Source: Anthoceros angustus (taxonomy: Eukaryota; Plantae; Anthocerotophyta). From it: a stretch of 64,000 bases of DNA. The position numbers and the translations under genes were made by a program. Shown here piece after piece: positions 1 to 12,399 of the stretch. Numbering within the stretch: position 1 is the stretch's first letter; each line of letters starts with the position of its first letter. The DNA lies in assembly GCA_010909165.1 (NCBI GenBank), contig MU008172.1, forward strand, positions 992,001 through 1,056,000, given 5' to 3'. Below the pieces are notes generated by a model. It was not told the origin of the DNA. It ran no database searches and saw nothing but the letters and a program-made list of their open reading frames with translations.

Positions 1-1602
1 GAGGAGGGTGAGGAGGAGAAGGAGGAGAAGGAGCAGAGGATAGACGACCGGATAAGGTATGGCACAGCCTTGCTGAACCAGCCGGCCATTGAGTACCAGC
101 TGGAGCTGGATATCGACACCTCGGAGTGGTGGTATCCGCGGGCCGTGCTGCTGTGGACCACCTTCAGGGCTTCCCTGATCAGGATGAAGGACGTGGATGA
201 TGAAAGCTACGAGGAGAACATGGACAGGGAGGCGGCCTTCCTCATGAATGCTGTTTGGGGCGAGTATGATCCCAAGGAAGTTCTGGACACCAATTTCCGT
301 CAGGTACAGTCTTCCTCTGATATGGTATCTCGCGTGTTTGTGGGGGCTGATGGGAAGGGAATCAATGAGCAAAGTGATTCAGGCAAAGAGTGGCTTTTTC
401 TGGCCGACATGTACAACGCACCGGGTAAGAGGCCTAGTCTTGTCTCGACGTGGGGCGAGAGAGAGTGGCTTGCGAAGAATGTGTTCGAGGGATCGTCGTT
501 CAACTTGATAGGGGACGGCCTCAAATGTCAGCATGGATTGCTGTTTTTCGGAACCATTTCCGGGGTTTCAGCCGCCCAAGCGAGGCAGGAACTGCAGGAA
601 CGCATGGACAAGAATTATTTCTTCAAATTCTTGCCCGTCCTGCTCAGGGAAGTCGGAGATGAGGAGGAAGTTCAATGCCTGGTATGCTCTCCGCAAAATC
701 TGCTGTCTCTGCGAATTCCCGAGGAATACCAGGCTCTCATCCTGTTCGGGCTCTCCTTGGGAGTTGCATTTGGTGCTTCCCAAGTGGTGTCGGCAGATCC
801 TTCGCCAAACGGTTTGTCACTGTGGGAGCGGTGTATCGTACCTATGGGGCTTCTGTCCGTCATGAGTTTAAGCCATGTCGTAAAAAAAGCTGTTGCTTCT
901 GCTCACGGCGTGTCGCACCAGGTAATGCTGCCTTTGTACTTGCCGGCTCCTCACCTTGGAGCTCTGGCCGCTTCTACTTCCTACTTGGGGTGCCTCCCCA
1001 ACCGGAAATGTGTACTTGATCTGTCGGTTTACAGCAGTCTGGCATCTCTCACGCTGTCGAGCCTCTTCATCCTGGCCAGTTCAACGTCTTCTCTTTCTCC
1101 CCAGGCGCAGGGCATTTCCAAGGCGGTGGCAGACATGACAGGGTTTGTGGCCGTTCCCTCGGATATTATAGCGCATTCAGGTCCTCTTACATGGCTGTTG
1201 AATCACCTGGCCGTTGCCACTTCCTCCACAGATGCCGGTGGGGTTAATGTGTTGAGCCCCTGGGCGCTTGCTGGTGTTTTGGGACTTCACATCACTGCCA
1301 TGACTCTGCTGCCTATAGGGATTCTGGACGGGGGCCGAATTATCACTGCTCTCTTGGGGCGTGGATGGCGCTTTCTGAAATTCCTGGTGTATGTGGCAGT
1401 GGCCGCCTCCATTGGTGCGTCGGGTTCCTTCTCGTCCGCAGCTACGTGGTCACTTTTCATCTTACAGATATCGGGAGATGACTGGTATCAACTGGACGAG
1501 GTCACTGAGCCGAATCTGTTCACAAAGCTTGTAGCCTGCATTCTGCTTCTGGCAGGAGCAGCTTGTTTCCTTGTGCCTATCACGGCATTGCCATCCGTCT
1601 AA
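1..1602 (+). CDS. Divergent EGY/S2P (peptidase M50) family membrane protein, 5'-truncated by the window edge, intronless within the window, HExxH motif degenerate
   Basis: Frame open from base 1. EGY-like motifs PLYLPAPHLGA...LPNRKCVLDLS, LSPWALAGVLGL and TLLPIGILDGGRI, several hydrophobic helices and a C-terminal DEVTEP. The HExxH position reads SHVVKK. Confidence 0.75.
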   Translation, partial: EEGEEEKEEKEQRIDDRIRYGTALLNQPAIEYQLELDIDTSEWWYPRAVLLWTTFRASLIRMKDVDDESYEENMDREAAFLMNAVWGEYDPKEVLDTNFRQVQSSSDMVSRVFVGADGKGINEQSDSGKEWLFLADMYNAPGKRPSLVSTWGEREWLAKNVFEGSSFNLIGDGLKCQHGLLFFGTISGVSAAQARQELQERMDKNYFFKFLPVLLREVGDEEEVQCLVCSPQNLLSLRIPEEYQALILFGLSLGVAFGASQVVSADPSPNGLSLWERCIVPMGLLSVMSLSHVVKKAVASAHGVSHQVMLPLYLPAPHLGALAASTSYLGCLPNRKCVLDLSVYSSLASLTLSSLFILASSTSSLSPQAQGISKAVADMTGFVAVPSDIIAHSGPLTWLLNHLAVATSSTDAGGVNVLSPWALAGVLGLHITAMTLLPIGILDGGRIITALLGRGWRFLKFLVYVAVAASIGASGSFSSAATWSLFILQISGDDWYQLDEVTEPNLFTKLVACILLLAGAACFLVPITALPSV

Positions 1603-1959
1603 TATGGTCGTCCGGACCGCCATGCCCCAGGCGACAAATCCTAGGCTGGGCATGGGCGTCCGCTTCCGTCGGGCCTGACCATGGAGCGCACGCAGTCCTG
1701 TCACAACTCGTCACCTGTGAGTGCATTATACACGCGGAATGCGGCCTTGTATGGTGCTCAATTTCTGAGGTGGCCTGGATGCCATGCTCTCCCGGCAACC
1801 AGATAGATGCCAAGCTGCGATGATCATGAACCCTAACCCTGAATGGAGGTTAAGCACTGACGAAAAAAGCAAGGATGGATGCCATTTCCTGAGCTGGCAT
1901 CTTGTCTTTGGTCACGGTTTTCTGCAATATTTGACACCTCAGAAGCCGTCGAGATGTAC

Positions 1960-2040
1960 CTGCTCTGTTTGTACAAAGGCCCGCTGCTCTGTTAAATATG
2001 TACAAAGGCCAGCTGCTCTGTTAAATATGTACAAAGGCCC
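1960..2040. repeat. Tandem repeat, about 29-bp unit (gctgctctgttaaatatgtacaaaggcc), about 2.7 copies
   Basis: Read directly from the sequence, between the convergent 3' ends of two genes. Confidence 0.85.
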
Positions 2041-2238
2041 GATTAAACGGATGCTTCAGGCCCTGGTACATATGTACATACATACTGTATGTAGATACGT
2101 ACAAGTTCCCACTTAACTCAGGAACCCTGAGCCCGCACGTGCTTCGCTTCTAGTTCCTCGGCCAGTTGTGCCACCTCCGACCACCAGCTTTCATCATAAG
2201 GATTTTCCTCCTTCCACACACAAGGGAGATAAAATCTC

Positions 2239-5187
2239 TCACAGACGCTGGATAGAATTTTGTTGAACTTGACTACAATGGGCAAGGGCCAACTCGCTTA
2301 CCTGCTGAGCCTGCTCACTGGTTGGTTGCGAATCACACTCGATGGATGCCATGGATGAGATGACGTCATTCCACCATATCTCATCATCATCCACCGCATC
2401 CTTCACACAGTTTTCAATTTGATGGGCAGTTTCTTGATGACCAAAGACTCCACGATTCGAAACAGAGTCCACCTCTACTGCACGCCCACAGCACGTGGTG
2501 GATGTGGGACGCTGATACTGTTGGGGAATGAAGTCCATTGGTATCTGCCTGATCTGAGAACGAAAATCTGGGTAGGTGGACAAATGTTGTTGTGAGACCA
2601 ACATATTCCTCTATGCTGCATCACAGGATAACGTGAGGTGAGATGTATACCTCGGCAGTCAGGATCGTGGCACTTTTGGTAGTAGCCTGGTACACGGAAG
2701 TCGACAATGTACATCACTGCATCAAATTACAGCTCTGTTCAGCCAAACTTCAATAACAAAGAAACTTCAATGCCTGGACCTGTAAGGAAGTACCATTGTT
2801 ACTCTTGTGCTGCCGTCCAATATTCTCACAGAACCGATTACCCGAGATGTTGTACACAATGACACCGTAATCTGAGAACCAGTACCAGCTTCGAATGATT
2901 CCTGTCCATCATTTTCCCGTGATAACACTGTTACTCCAACAGCCCATGATAAAAATCTGGACTCGTGGAACACTGGACCATGACTGTGTGCTTTGGCCAC
3001 AGTACCACAAAAAACGCCTAGAAACTGGGTCAGACACACAATACCTGGGATCATCTCTACCGTAGCAACACCTTCGATAAACTTATCCAATCCTGGAAAC
3101 GGGGAGTTCCCTGAAATATGAAAGGCTCCATTCTTTGGGTTACGAGAAACCGCTTGCATCTTATGGGAAGCAAAATCCATAGTGCCCCCACGACCTGCCA
3201 CCTTGGATGTCCAGACAAATGATGAGGAAGCGTTCCCATCTAGGGAGAGGCAGACCTATCAGCATATCCGGGTCAGCATTTGCTACAGAATTGAGTACTA
3301 ACCTCAAGTCCAAAAGTCAGAACCCGTTGACAGTCCTCATCTACTCGACATATTAGGGAGTCCATGAACACATCTCGTCTACTCTGCCTCACATGCCAAG
3401 CTTTTGGTTAGAGGTCTTTGAGCTTGCATACCAAACTCCTGATGCAACCCCTAGATATGCATTCTGCACTCACCATCCCAGCACATCGGAAGCGGTCTGT
3501 TGATTCAAGAACAACTGTTTTACCAGCTTTGGATGAGAAGGGCAAGCGAAAGCTGCGATTGCGAGAGTACACAGCTTTGTCCACAAAAATCTCAGCATGA
3601 TGGTCGGCACGAGTGTCTCCTTTGAGAACAAAAAGACTCTCATAAAGACTCGTCGTGTCCCGCAGTCGTTGAATCCTTGAGCACACCTGCTGACTGCAGG
3701 CTTAGCACCGCAACATGAAGACAACCTACAAGGCAGGGGAAAAAGACTGATCTAATTGCAAAAACCTCCACCAGAGGCACTCACCTCTGCCACGAAAGCC
3801 CCTGCATGAGAGTTGTCCTTGAAGGCAACCTTCGGAGCACGAATGATCAAATGTCTGGAGAACTTTTCTGACAATATTGGTGGAGAAAATAGAGAATTTT
3901 AGATCGGGGCTGGCATTTCCAAATCCACACCATCTGAATAAAATTTAGACGAGCTACACACTTTCTAGCAACAGCTGAAGAAGCACCTTCTGTAGATGAA
4001 TCGAGCTCAACTGTCCAGCCAGGCTCGTATCTCAGAGAATAGACATCGTATAAGGCGTTAGCAACTACTGACAGCAACAGATCCACCATATTTTCACCAT
4101 TCGCCCCTGAGTTCACTCTGCGGTTAAACTCCAAATCAAAATACAGGTGACACGGCGAACCCTGCAGCAGACACCAGAACTCAGCACAGTTCATTTCCGG
4201 AGCCACTCGAAAATGAAGAGGATAGACGTATGAGGAGGACCTCTCGGAGCAGCTCGTAGTGGTGTCGAAGAGCAGGTTGCATCTTCTCATAGCTGCTCTT
4301 CGAACAAAAAACGTGACACAAAGAAAAACGAAGTTCAAACAGCTCAATGACTTTCCCCGATTTGTTACCAAGCCTGTGAGCAGTATGCCTACCGTTGCCA
4401 AAACTCTTGGATTGTCGTAGCCAGAAACCTTCGCTGTCCAGAGATGTGATCTTGGAATACAAAAACAAAAACCTTGGTGGTGTTGTGGCTGCTGGCAAAC
4501 TGCATGGCCTGATCTTGCCGCGAGAAAGTCGACCATATTATAGTTGGAGACCTGCACCGCCAGGAAATACTTTACAACACACTCGACATATAATTGGGGA
4601 CCGAGAGGTGTGAGGAAAACTCACTGAAGCTGCTGGTCCTCTTGCACTGCCACAGGCTGGTGTTTGATTTGGTTGAGCAATCGCTGCAGCTTAAGTGGGG
4701 TTTTGGCGGCTTTCCCCACGGGGGACCCATAGAAAACACCTGGAGACAGCTCCTGTTTCAAGTTGTTTACGGCACCAGGCAGAGGCTGCATTCAACGTAG
4801 CAGCCTCAGCAAATGCACCGAGCTTCCCAATCCACACAACAGAAGGGGTGCGCATCAAAAACAGAGAATCAGAGACCTGTGCAGCGGGTTCGTTGGCCGC
4901 AGATTGCTGAGGAGTCGGTGGAGACGTGACGGGCGAATGGGAGTGAAGCGAAGCAGGTTGTCCCTGCCTGCCTGGAGATGATGCATGCGTGCGGACCTTT
5001 TTCCCAATGTCTGCAATAGATCATGCTGATCCAGATGAGGCGCTAATTGCAGAAACAGGACAACAGAAGCAGGGAGAGGGCAAAGCAGGGACAGAAAAAA
5101 TGGGTTACGAGGAGAAGGCGTTTGCAGGGCCTGGCCAAGCCTGTAGCAGCTATACAGTCTGTGCACGTCTGTGCATTCCTCATCCAT
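2239..5187 (-). CDS. PRIMPOL: DNA primase-polymerase PrimPol, multi-exon
   Basis: Exon motifs VFYGSPVGK, PCHLYFDLEFN, AVYSRNRSFRLPFSSKAGK and the C-terminal zinc finger YYQKCHDPDCR. The N-terminus MDEECTDVHRLYSCYRLG resembles plant orthologues; the start is approximate. Confidence 0.88.
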
Positions 5188-5302
5188 TGCTGCCTCTGCA
5201 ATCGTTCGTATCAGGGGGAAGTGACATCAATTCGCAGACAAGAGAGGCGGGAAAAGAGTAAAATGGGAATAGAAAACACACCACGAGGTCACCCTGTGGC
5301 AT

Positions 5303-5446
5303 GCATGTGGGCATTTGGTCTATGTACAGTCATATTGTCGCCAGAAGTGTGGTGAGCGGGGAAGAGCGCGGTCTAACAAACGATATATAGTAAAATATTT
5401 AGAAGCTGGTGGAGACGTGGGCATTTGGTCTGGTGTATAAAACTCG
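5303..5446 (+). other. Two degenerate copies of the tRNA-Pro 5' end (5303-5322 and 5419-5446)
   Basis: gcatgtgggcatttggtcta matches the 6816-6835 flank plus tRNA start at 19/20. gggcatttggtctggtgtataaaactcgc aligns with the tRNA sequence gggcatttggtctagtggtatgattctcgc. Confidence 0.55.
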
Positions 5447-5861
5447 CCGGCTGTATCCAAAGGCCACATAAAAAAAGACTAGAATATCTAGGTTATGCAA
5501 CAGGGCTTTGTTTAGGGACAATAAGACTGAGGAACATTTTATTTTTCTCTGCCCTGCCTACAAGATAGTATATGGCATGCATTTGTCAACTTATTTTCAG
5601 TCGGTTCAATCTTCACTTCAAAGTTTCTTTTATTTTCTGAGATTTTTTTCTTCTCATGACCCATTATAAGGTTTCTTCTATTTTAGGAGGTTTTTCTCTT
5701 TTCATGACCCTATAACATCTTCACTCCGAGGTTTCTTCTCTTTTCCAAGATTTCCTTTTTCTCATGAGATAAGGTAGACATAACGAGTTTTTGTCCAACC
5801 ACTTAAGAACAAGCACAAGGCGTATGGTCATAGTGACTCCAAACTTGTTTCAATTGTTGTC

Positions 5862-5937
5862 GTAATATTTTCATACGGAATAAAGTATCAAGTATACACG
5901 TAATATTTTCATATGGAATAAAGCATCATGTATACAC
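5862..5937. repeat. 38-bp tandem duplication in an AT-rich intergenic region
   Basis: gtaatattttcata(c/t)ggaataaag(t/c)atca(a/t)gtatacac present twice. Confidence 0.75.
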
Positions 5938-6821
5938 ATAAACGCATCATTGGTTCCATAAAGTGGGTGTTTTTGGGCCCTATGGCTTTTGTTCTTCTCT
6001 TTTCTAGACCTATTATTGTAGGAGTATGTTCAAATAAATGTGGCAATTCGTAATCCAGCTTTTTCAACCTGCCCTATATTCGATTATACTTCACACCATT
6101 ATTATTTAGGTTATTTGAGTATACTTCACACCATTAGTATTTAGGTTAAACTCAAAATATTGGTTAAACATCAATGCGTTTTATGTATCTTTGTCTTATG
6201 ACAAAAATTTCCCGGCCTTAGTAGACTTAACTATACTTCTATTTGAGTGTACTTCACCCCACTAGTATTTAGGTCAAACTCAAAATACCGATTACTCATG
6301 AATGCTTTTCGTGTATCTCTGTCTAGTCCGTCCCATGATGGAAATTCCATCCTTAGTGGACTTCAATATACTTTTTCTTCTTATGATTCTTGCTTCAGTT
6401 GCGTGAGTTCAATTCCTGTGATGCCCCTCTTCAGTTCAATTCCCGTAATGCCCCCTACAGGGCCTAAAGGTAGAATTGTTCACTTTTTCTATACGGATTT
6501 TTTCCTTGATTCTACCCCTCACATTCCTGTATTTGTGTGGAGGTTTGAACCACTCCAAAATAAACAAACAAGTTTGATGCTATCCTAAGTAGATTCTAAT
6601 AGAAGAAGAAAGAACAACCTATACCCAAAGGTGAAAGTGGAGACTTTATATAAAAAAAGAGATGGGAAAGCCCATCTACCCCTAGACAAAAAGGGTATCA
6701 AGGTAAGGGGGACTAGCCCCACGGTCACCCAAGGAGAAGAAAGAGAAGAAAAGGAAGAAGTGTCTACTAATACAGATTACAGATATTATACTTATTTTCA
6801 CAACAGCGACGTATTGCATGC

Positions 6822-6893
6822 GGGCATTTGGTCTAGTGGTATGATTCTCGCTTCGGGTGCGAGAGGTCGTGAGTTCGATTCTCGCAATGCCCC
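6822..6893 (+). tRNA. tRNA-Pro (anticodon CGG)
   Basis: 72-nt cloverleaf: acceptor gggcatt/aatgccc, anticodon arm ctcgc-ttcgggt-gcgag, T-loop gttcgat. A T7 run at 6914-6920 is a likely Pol III terminator. Confidence 0.97.
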
Positions 6894-7223
6894 CAAACTG
6901 CTTTAGCATGGAGTTTTTTTCCCAGTTTCAAGGTGCCCAGTTTTTTTCCTTTCACAAGAGGTCTCCCCTTCGCAGACACCTAGATATTTCTCTCTCATTT
7001 CTCTTTCACAATCGAAGCATGCGAAGTGGCCGTGCAAACGGCGTGTCCAGTTGGAGGAACAGGCTTGGACCAGCTATACTCTCAGGCTTATGTTTGGCAT
7101 CTGCAATGCATCCGATTGGGTCAGGACAAGTGCGCAACAGCACACAGGACACGTCCTCGACTGAGAAAACTTAGATGGAAACATAGCTGCTGGGGCACAT
7201 GGGCGAGCAAGCAAGTCTGCAAC

Positions 7224-9525
7224 ATGGCCGCGTTGATGTTGGAGGTACCGGTGGGCCGGACGACAACCTGTGGACTTGGGAAGGCGTCTTGCGGTTCGCG
7301 ATCTCAGGTGTGAATACCCGCACTGCGCACTGCGCACTGCGATCCCTCTAGCGCTGTAATTGACTAGTGCTGCGTGCAGGTGTGGGGCGTAAGGCTGGTG
7401 AGGCACAGAGCACGTCGGGAGGCTTACGAGGGACCGGCATTGCGATTCCGGCGCAAACCCAGTTTGAGGCCCAGGGCTGAGTTCAAAGACGATGCTGACT
7501 CCGATTCCCGAAAGTCCAGCCGCGACGATGGCACCGGCACTGCATCAGCTGTCGAGGACAGCGACAAACGTGAGCCAGCACAGAAAGTTGAGGGCACCAA
7601 TGGTCGATTGGACACTGAGAAGAAGCAGGAGGTGGACTGGAAGAAGGACGAGGACTTCAGGCGATTCATGAGCAACCCGAGCATCGAGACCGCTCTGAAG
7701 CTGGAAAAGAAGAGAACTGAGGAGAAGATCAGGCAGCTGCAGCTTAGCACCCAAGACAGCGGAAATATTTTCCAAAACTTTTTCCGCTCACTCGTCCTGA
7801 ATGCGGTGCAGAAGGAGAAGGAAAGGTTGGACAAGGTTGGGGCAAAGTTTAAAGCCCTGGACTTGACCAAGGTACGTGCTCGGGGTTTGCATGCCATTCC
7901 TTTCCACACTATAATATGAATTGACAATTGTCTTCATGCATTCTCAACGATTCAGACTGATGGATGTTACAACAGCTCAAGAGCTGCTTCACATATGACA
8001 CGTTCTACGCCACAGATGTGCGGCGGATGGGTGACGGAGGGATCTTCATTGGCAACTTGAGGAGGCCGATTGAAGAAGTGAAGCCTAGGTTGGAGCAAAG
8101 ACTGAACGAAGCAGCAGGATGTGAGGTGGACATCTGGTTCATGGAGCAGACTCTGAATGACGGCGAGCAGAAGCAGGTACCACTCTAACTTAGACCTTGT
8201 TGGATGAATGGCTGCAGCTGCATGTCACCAACTTGCAGTCTTGCACTGTGAACTCGTATGCTGCAGGTATGCGTAGTGCAGCCAAAGGAGGAGATCGATC
8301 TGCAGCTGGAGGCTAACAGGTTAAGCAACCTGTATGGGTATGTGAGTGCACTTGCTTTGGGGGTTACAACAGCAGGGACCATAGCAATCATGTCTGGATT
8401 CTTCCTTCAACCGAATGCAACATTCGACGATTATGTGGCACGAGTTTTGCCACTTTTCGGTGGCTTTGTGGCCATCGGCGGGGCATCTGAGGTGAGGGAG
8501 CCTCATGAGCTCTAGCTTGCGCTGTGCTGTTCAAGTAGTGCAGTGTGACGAGCAGCGTGGAAATGCAATGTGCAGATTGCCACCAGGTTGACTGCTGCCA
8601 AATACGGGGTGCAACTGAGCCCCTCCTTTCTCATACCCTCCAACTGGACAGGGTGTCTCGGTGTTGTGAACAACTTGGAGTCCCTGCTTCCCAACAGACA
8701 GGCCTTGTTCGACATCGCAGCTGCTCGAGCCACCAGCGCATTCTTGACGTCGTTTGTGCTAGCAGGCATTTCCTTCTACCTGGATGGGAGCTTCAACGGC
8801 GGTGACAACGCTCTGTAAGGATTGAGCTGGCTGTCAAAGCTTGGACTCTGGACTAGAATGTCTCTACTGCGATGGTGAGTGATTTTATGTGTGTGGGTGA
8901 CTTGGCAATATTGCAGATACATCCGACCCCAGTTTTTCATCAACAACCCTCTGCTGTCATTCGTCCAATACGTGACCGGGCCGTACAGCGACGAGCTGGG
9001 CAACGTTCTACCCCAAGCCGTGCCGGGAGTTGGAGTGCCAGTGGACCCCCTGGCCTTTGCCGGTCTTCTGGGTGTGTAGAACTTTACGTTGAACTTGGGT
9101 CAGCAGCTCTGGTCTGTGACTTTGGATGGAAATGTGACGTTTCCTCTGCTGCTGCTGCTGGTGCAGGCATGGTGGTGACGTCGCTGAACCTGCTGCCCAT
9201 CGGGCGGCTGGAGGGTGGTCGCATTGCGCAAGCGCTGCTGGGCAGGAGGGTGGCGGGTGTGCTGTCGGTGTGGAGTTCGGTGGCACTGGGCGTGGGAGGG
9301 CTCACCGGCAGCGTGCTGTGCCTGGTGTGGGGGTTTGTGGCTACCTTCTTCCGTGGCGGGGAGGAGTTGCCCGCCCAGGATGAGATCACTGCTGTGGAGC
9401 AGTGGCGGTATGTGTGGGGCGGCCTGCTTGCCGTCTTGTGCATCCTCACGCTGTTCCCCAACAGCGCAGGGACCTTCCCTAGCGCCTTTTACACTCCACC
9501 TTTCTTCAGGGGGGATGCCTTCTGA
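7224..9525 (+). CDS. EGY3: EGY3, chloroplast M50-family pseudoprotease, multi-exon
   Basis: FMSNPSIETALKLEKKR, FYATDVRRMGDGGIFIGNLRRPIEEV, IATRLTAAKYGVQLSPSFLIPS, LNLLPIGRLEGGRI and ELPAQDEIT. HExxH is absent, as known for EGY3. Confidence 0.92.
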
Positions 9526-10574
9526 GAGCACCACATTTTCCAAAATTCTTTCGTCCTTACGCGGCCAGCAAAGTGTACACAATAGAGCGTGTCATTCTTG
9601 ACATTTTGCAGAGTATTTGGTGCCCCACACCCCCTTTTGTTGCATACGTAAGCATTCCGCCCGAGCCCAATCCACTTGGATACCCCCTAGTGGATTAGGC
9701 GGATGCGCCATGAGCCAAACATCGATCCGCCAGCCTCCGTTCCGACCCATGTGACCAGGGTACAACCCTGCATCCAGCCCGTCCTCCAACGCAGCCCGTG
9801 CTCCAGTAGCCGCGCTCCAGCAGCCCGTCCTCCACCAGCCCACCTTCATCCGCGCTTGCAGCCTGCCCTCCATCGCCTTTAGCAGCCCGCCTTCCATCCG
9901 CGCCTGTACCTCGCCCTCTAGCCTGTGCTTCAAGATTGCTTTAGTGCCTGCACATTATAGGAAGTGCAAATGTTGGATTGCCTGGCTGCCTGCACAATTA
10001 AGGAAGAACAAAGTGTGGGCGCTCGCCGTCACCATGCCGCCATATCGTTCGTATGATGAGGAGGAAAGTCTTGCTGAACTGTATCTGCTTGCTCAAGCCT
10101 CTCGATTTGTGAATGTGAAACCCAAAAGACATTGCCCTGTTTACTCTTGGTCGTCCACACTTTCTACAACTGCTCTGTACATCCGTACATCACATCGGGG
10201 TTTCAATTCCTTCTGTAGCATCCGGAGCAACAATCAAGTTTTCTTGAACAGTTCCAATTGTTCTCTAAGTAAGGTCGCTTGGCAGTTGGGAGTCACATTA
10301 AGATTGGGAGCTGCAGGAAATGGAGCAAATATTGGGAAAATATGTCAACTCTATTCACATAGGTCATGGCACTCTTGTGATGTGGACCACGCGGGGTGAT
10401 TACTAGCAAAGAGATCTTCGACATGAGTTAGCCACTTTTAGACGAGCCCAGATTAGTGAAGTCACGCGCATGGAGGTTATGAGGGATGTATCGGCTTCAT
10501 TGCCGGGACAACTTTGCCTGTTAAGTACATAAGCTGGCCTCCCATGGTGAGCAATATTTTGATAGAAAACGGAG

Positions 10575-10638
10575 GTATGCCCTTAAGTTCACACAAATCT
10601 AAGACCGTATGCCCTTAAGTTCACACAAATCTAAGACC
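10575..10638. repeat. Perfect 32-bp tandem duplication
   Basis: gtatgcccttaagttcacacaaatctaagacc x2. Confidence 0.9.
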
Positions 10639-11003
10639 TCCAACATGCCTGGCTTATGTCTCCCTATGTGTGTTTTTGTCCAGGTATTCTCTAAACCTCC
10701 AAGTTGTGTGTGATGTCCATTAAAGAATCACTTCTATTCATGTTGGTTGTCATGGCTAGAATCATGATGCATATGTGTTTCAAAGAATAAGTATTTATAA
10801 GAATCCAAGTGCACATTTCTTGGCAGGGCATTTTTAGGTATTTTTAGATTCTGCGTATTTGGTGTCACATTTTTGTGTTCCAACATATTGTACTCCTTCT
10901 TCTAGGGAGAAAGTGGAGTTCAAAATTTCATTGCTAATCTAAAAGAAGAGTTCGAAATGAGCATTGCATTAGAATAATAAACTCCAGATGGGGTTCCCTA
11001 CGA

Positions 11004-11113
11004 GAGTTGCGGCGATAATTCAAATTTGAAGAGGACGTCAAACAATTGTCACGCCGAGGAGTTGCGGGGATAATTCAAATTTGAAGAGGACGTCAAACAA
11101 TTGTCACGCCGAG
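11004..11113. repeat. 55-bp tandem duplication (1 mismatch)
   Basis: gagttgcgg(c/g)gataattcaaatttgaagaggacgtcaaacaattgtcacgccgag x2. Confidence 0.9.
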
Positions 11114-12399
11114 TTGTTGCATGTTGTCTGCTACACAACATGTTGGCCACCCTTGGGGATGCTTGGTTGGAGCTTCACAATGAAGAAGAACCTGAGTTGA
11201 ATGCAATGAATGACCTAGTTAAGAATTTGGTTCTATAGTTGCCAACTTCCGTGAAGTTTTAAAGCATAGAGTCCTAGCTAAAAACTATGAGAGAGGTGTA
11301 TTACCTTTGACCTATCTATGAACTACTGTCATCGTTGCCAAAATGCTTTGCCAAATTCTAAATGATGTCCTTCATGTCTTCTTCATCCAACTTTGCATCG
11401 AGTATGGACTTCCACGACTCCATATGTTTCATCTCGAGTCAGGTTTTGTTGTCTTCTTTGACAATTTTCATTTTCAGTTGTCTCTCCTCCCTTTGTGCAA
11501 CTAGTTGAGCTTCTTTCTCTTCTCTCAAAGCAGTTTGTTGAGGTGTGAATCTTCCTTTCTCCCAAGCCAACTTTTCTTGCTCTGTTGTTTATCAACATGA
11601 CACGAAAAATCTTGTCAAGCAATGAACAATATGTCACTTCTTCTTGCAACTCAAAAACATGTGCTACAAATTCGTAACTTACTTTGTGCTTTGGCTTTCG
11701 CAGAATTGGTACTTTTGATGTCCCGTGCACTTGGTCTTGCATCTAGTTTGGGCGATGCCCATCTGCTATCTACATTTCGAGAATCCGTCTTAACTTTATG
11801 TGATGAGGTGGGCAATGAAGAGCACGAAGTCTTAAGCTTGCTCCCCACTTTAAGTCTTTGCTGTTCAATGTCACCACCAGGTCCTTGCATAGAAGCATAA
11901 ATGTTGGCATCATTTTCAGCCAAAGAATCAAGATCCACAACTTCATGATCCTTACACATACCGTTGATACCCTCTTGGGCACCAAGCATACTATAACGCC
12001 TTCCACATCTGTTGCGGTAACATTTGGTTATGATGCCGCAGTGAAATCCTATTGCTTCTCCTCCATGATCTACCTAGGATTCTCCGCATACAACAGCATG
12101 TAGGTAGAAAGGGCTTTCCAAGAAGTGGTTATAGCTAAAATCCCATCTTTTTTTGGGCGAAAACGAGCATTCGCTTTTTTTTAGGCTGTTTTTTAAGGTG
12201 TTTGCTAATTTAAATGTGGTGTTCAAACCCATGGCGCCACACCCTGCATGTTCATTTGATCACTCTATGCCGCATCCATGGATAGGCACCATGATTTTGA
12301 AGGGGTGAAGATAATCAAAACCATCTGTTACAAGCTTTTTTTGCTTGTCCAACATTCTTCCTATATTAGCGTTTCTATTGGAAAACGGACGGAACGAGA

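Larger units (their letters stand above)
9600..12200. mobile_element. Degenerate transposon-like debris: low-complexity periodic repeat at 9760-9925, broken minus-strand ORFs and small tandem duplications
   Basis: No intact gene structure. A minus-strand CRKCGRP zinc-knuckle-like remnant lies near 10150-10190 and frameshifted ORFs lie at 11383-11989. Family not determinable. Confidence 0.4.
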
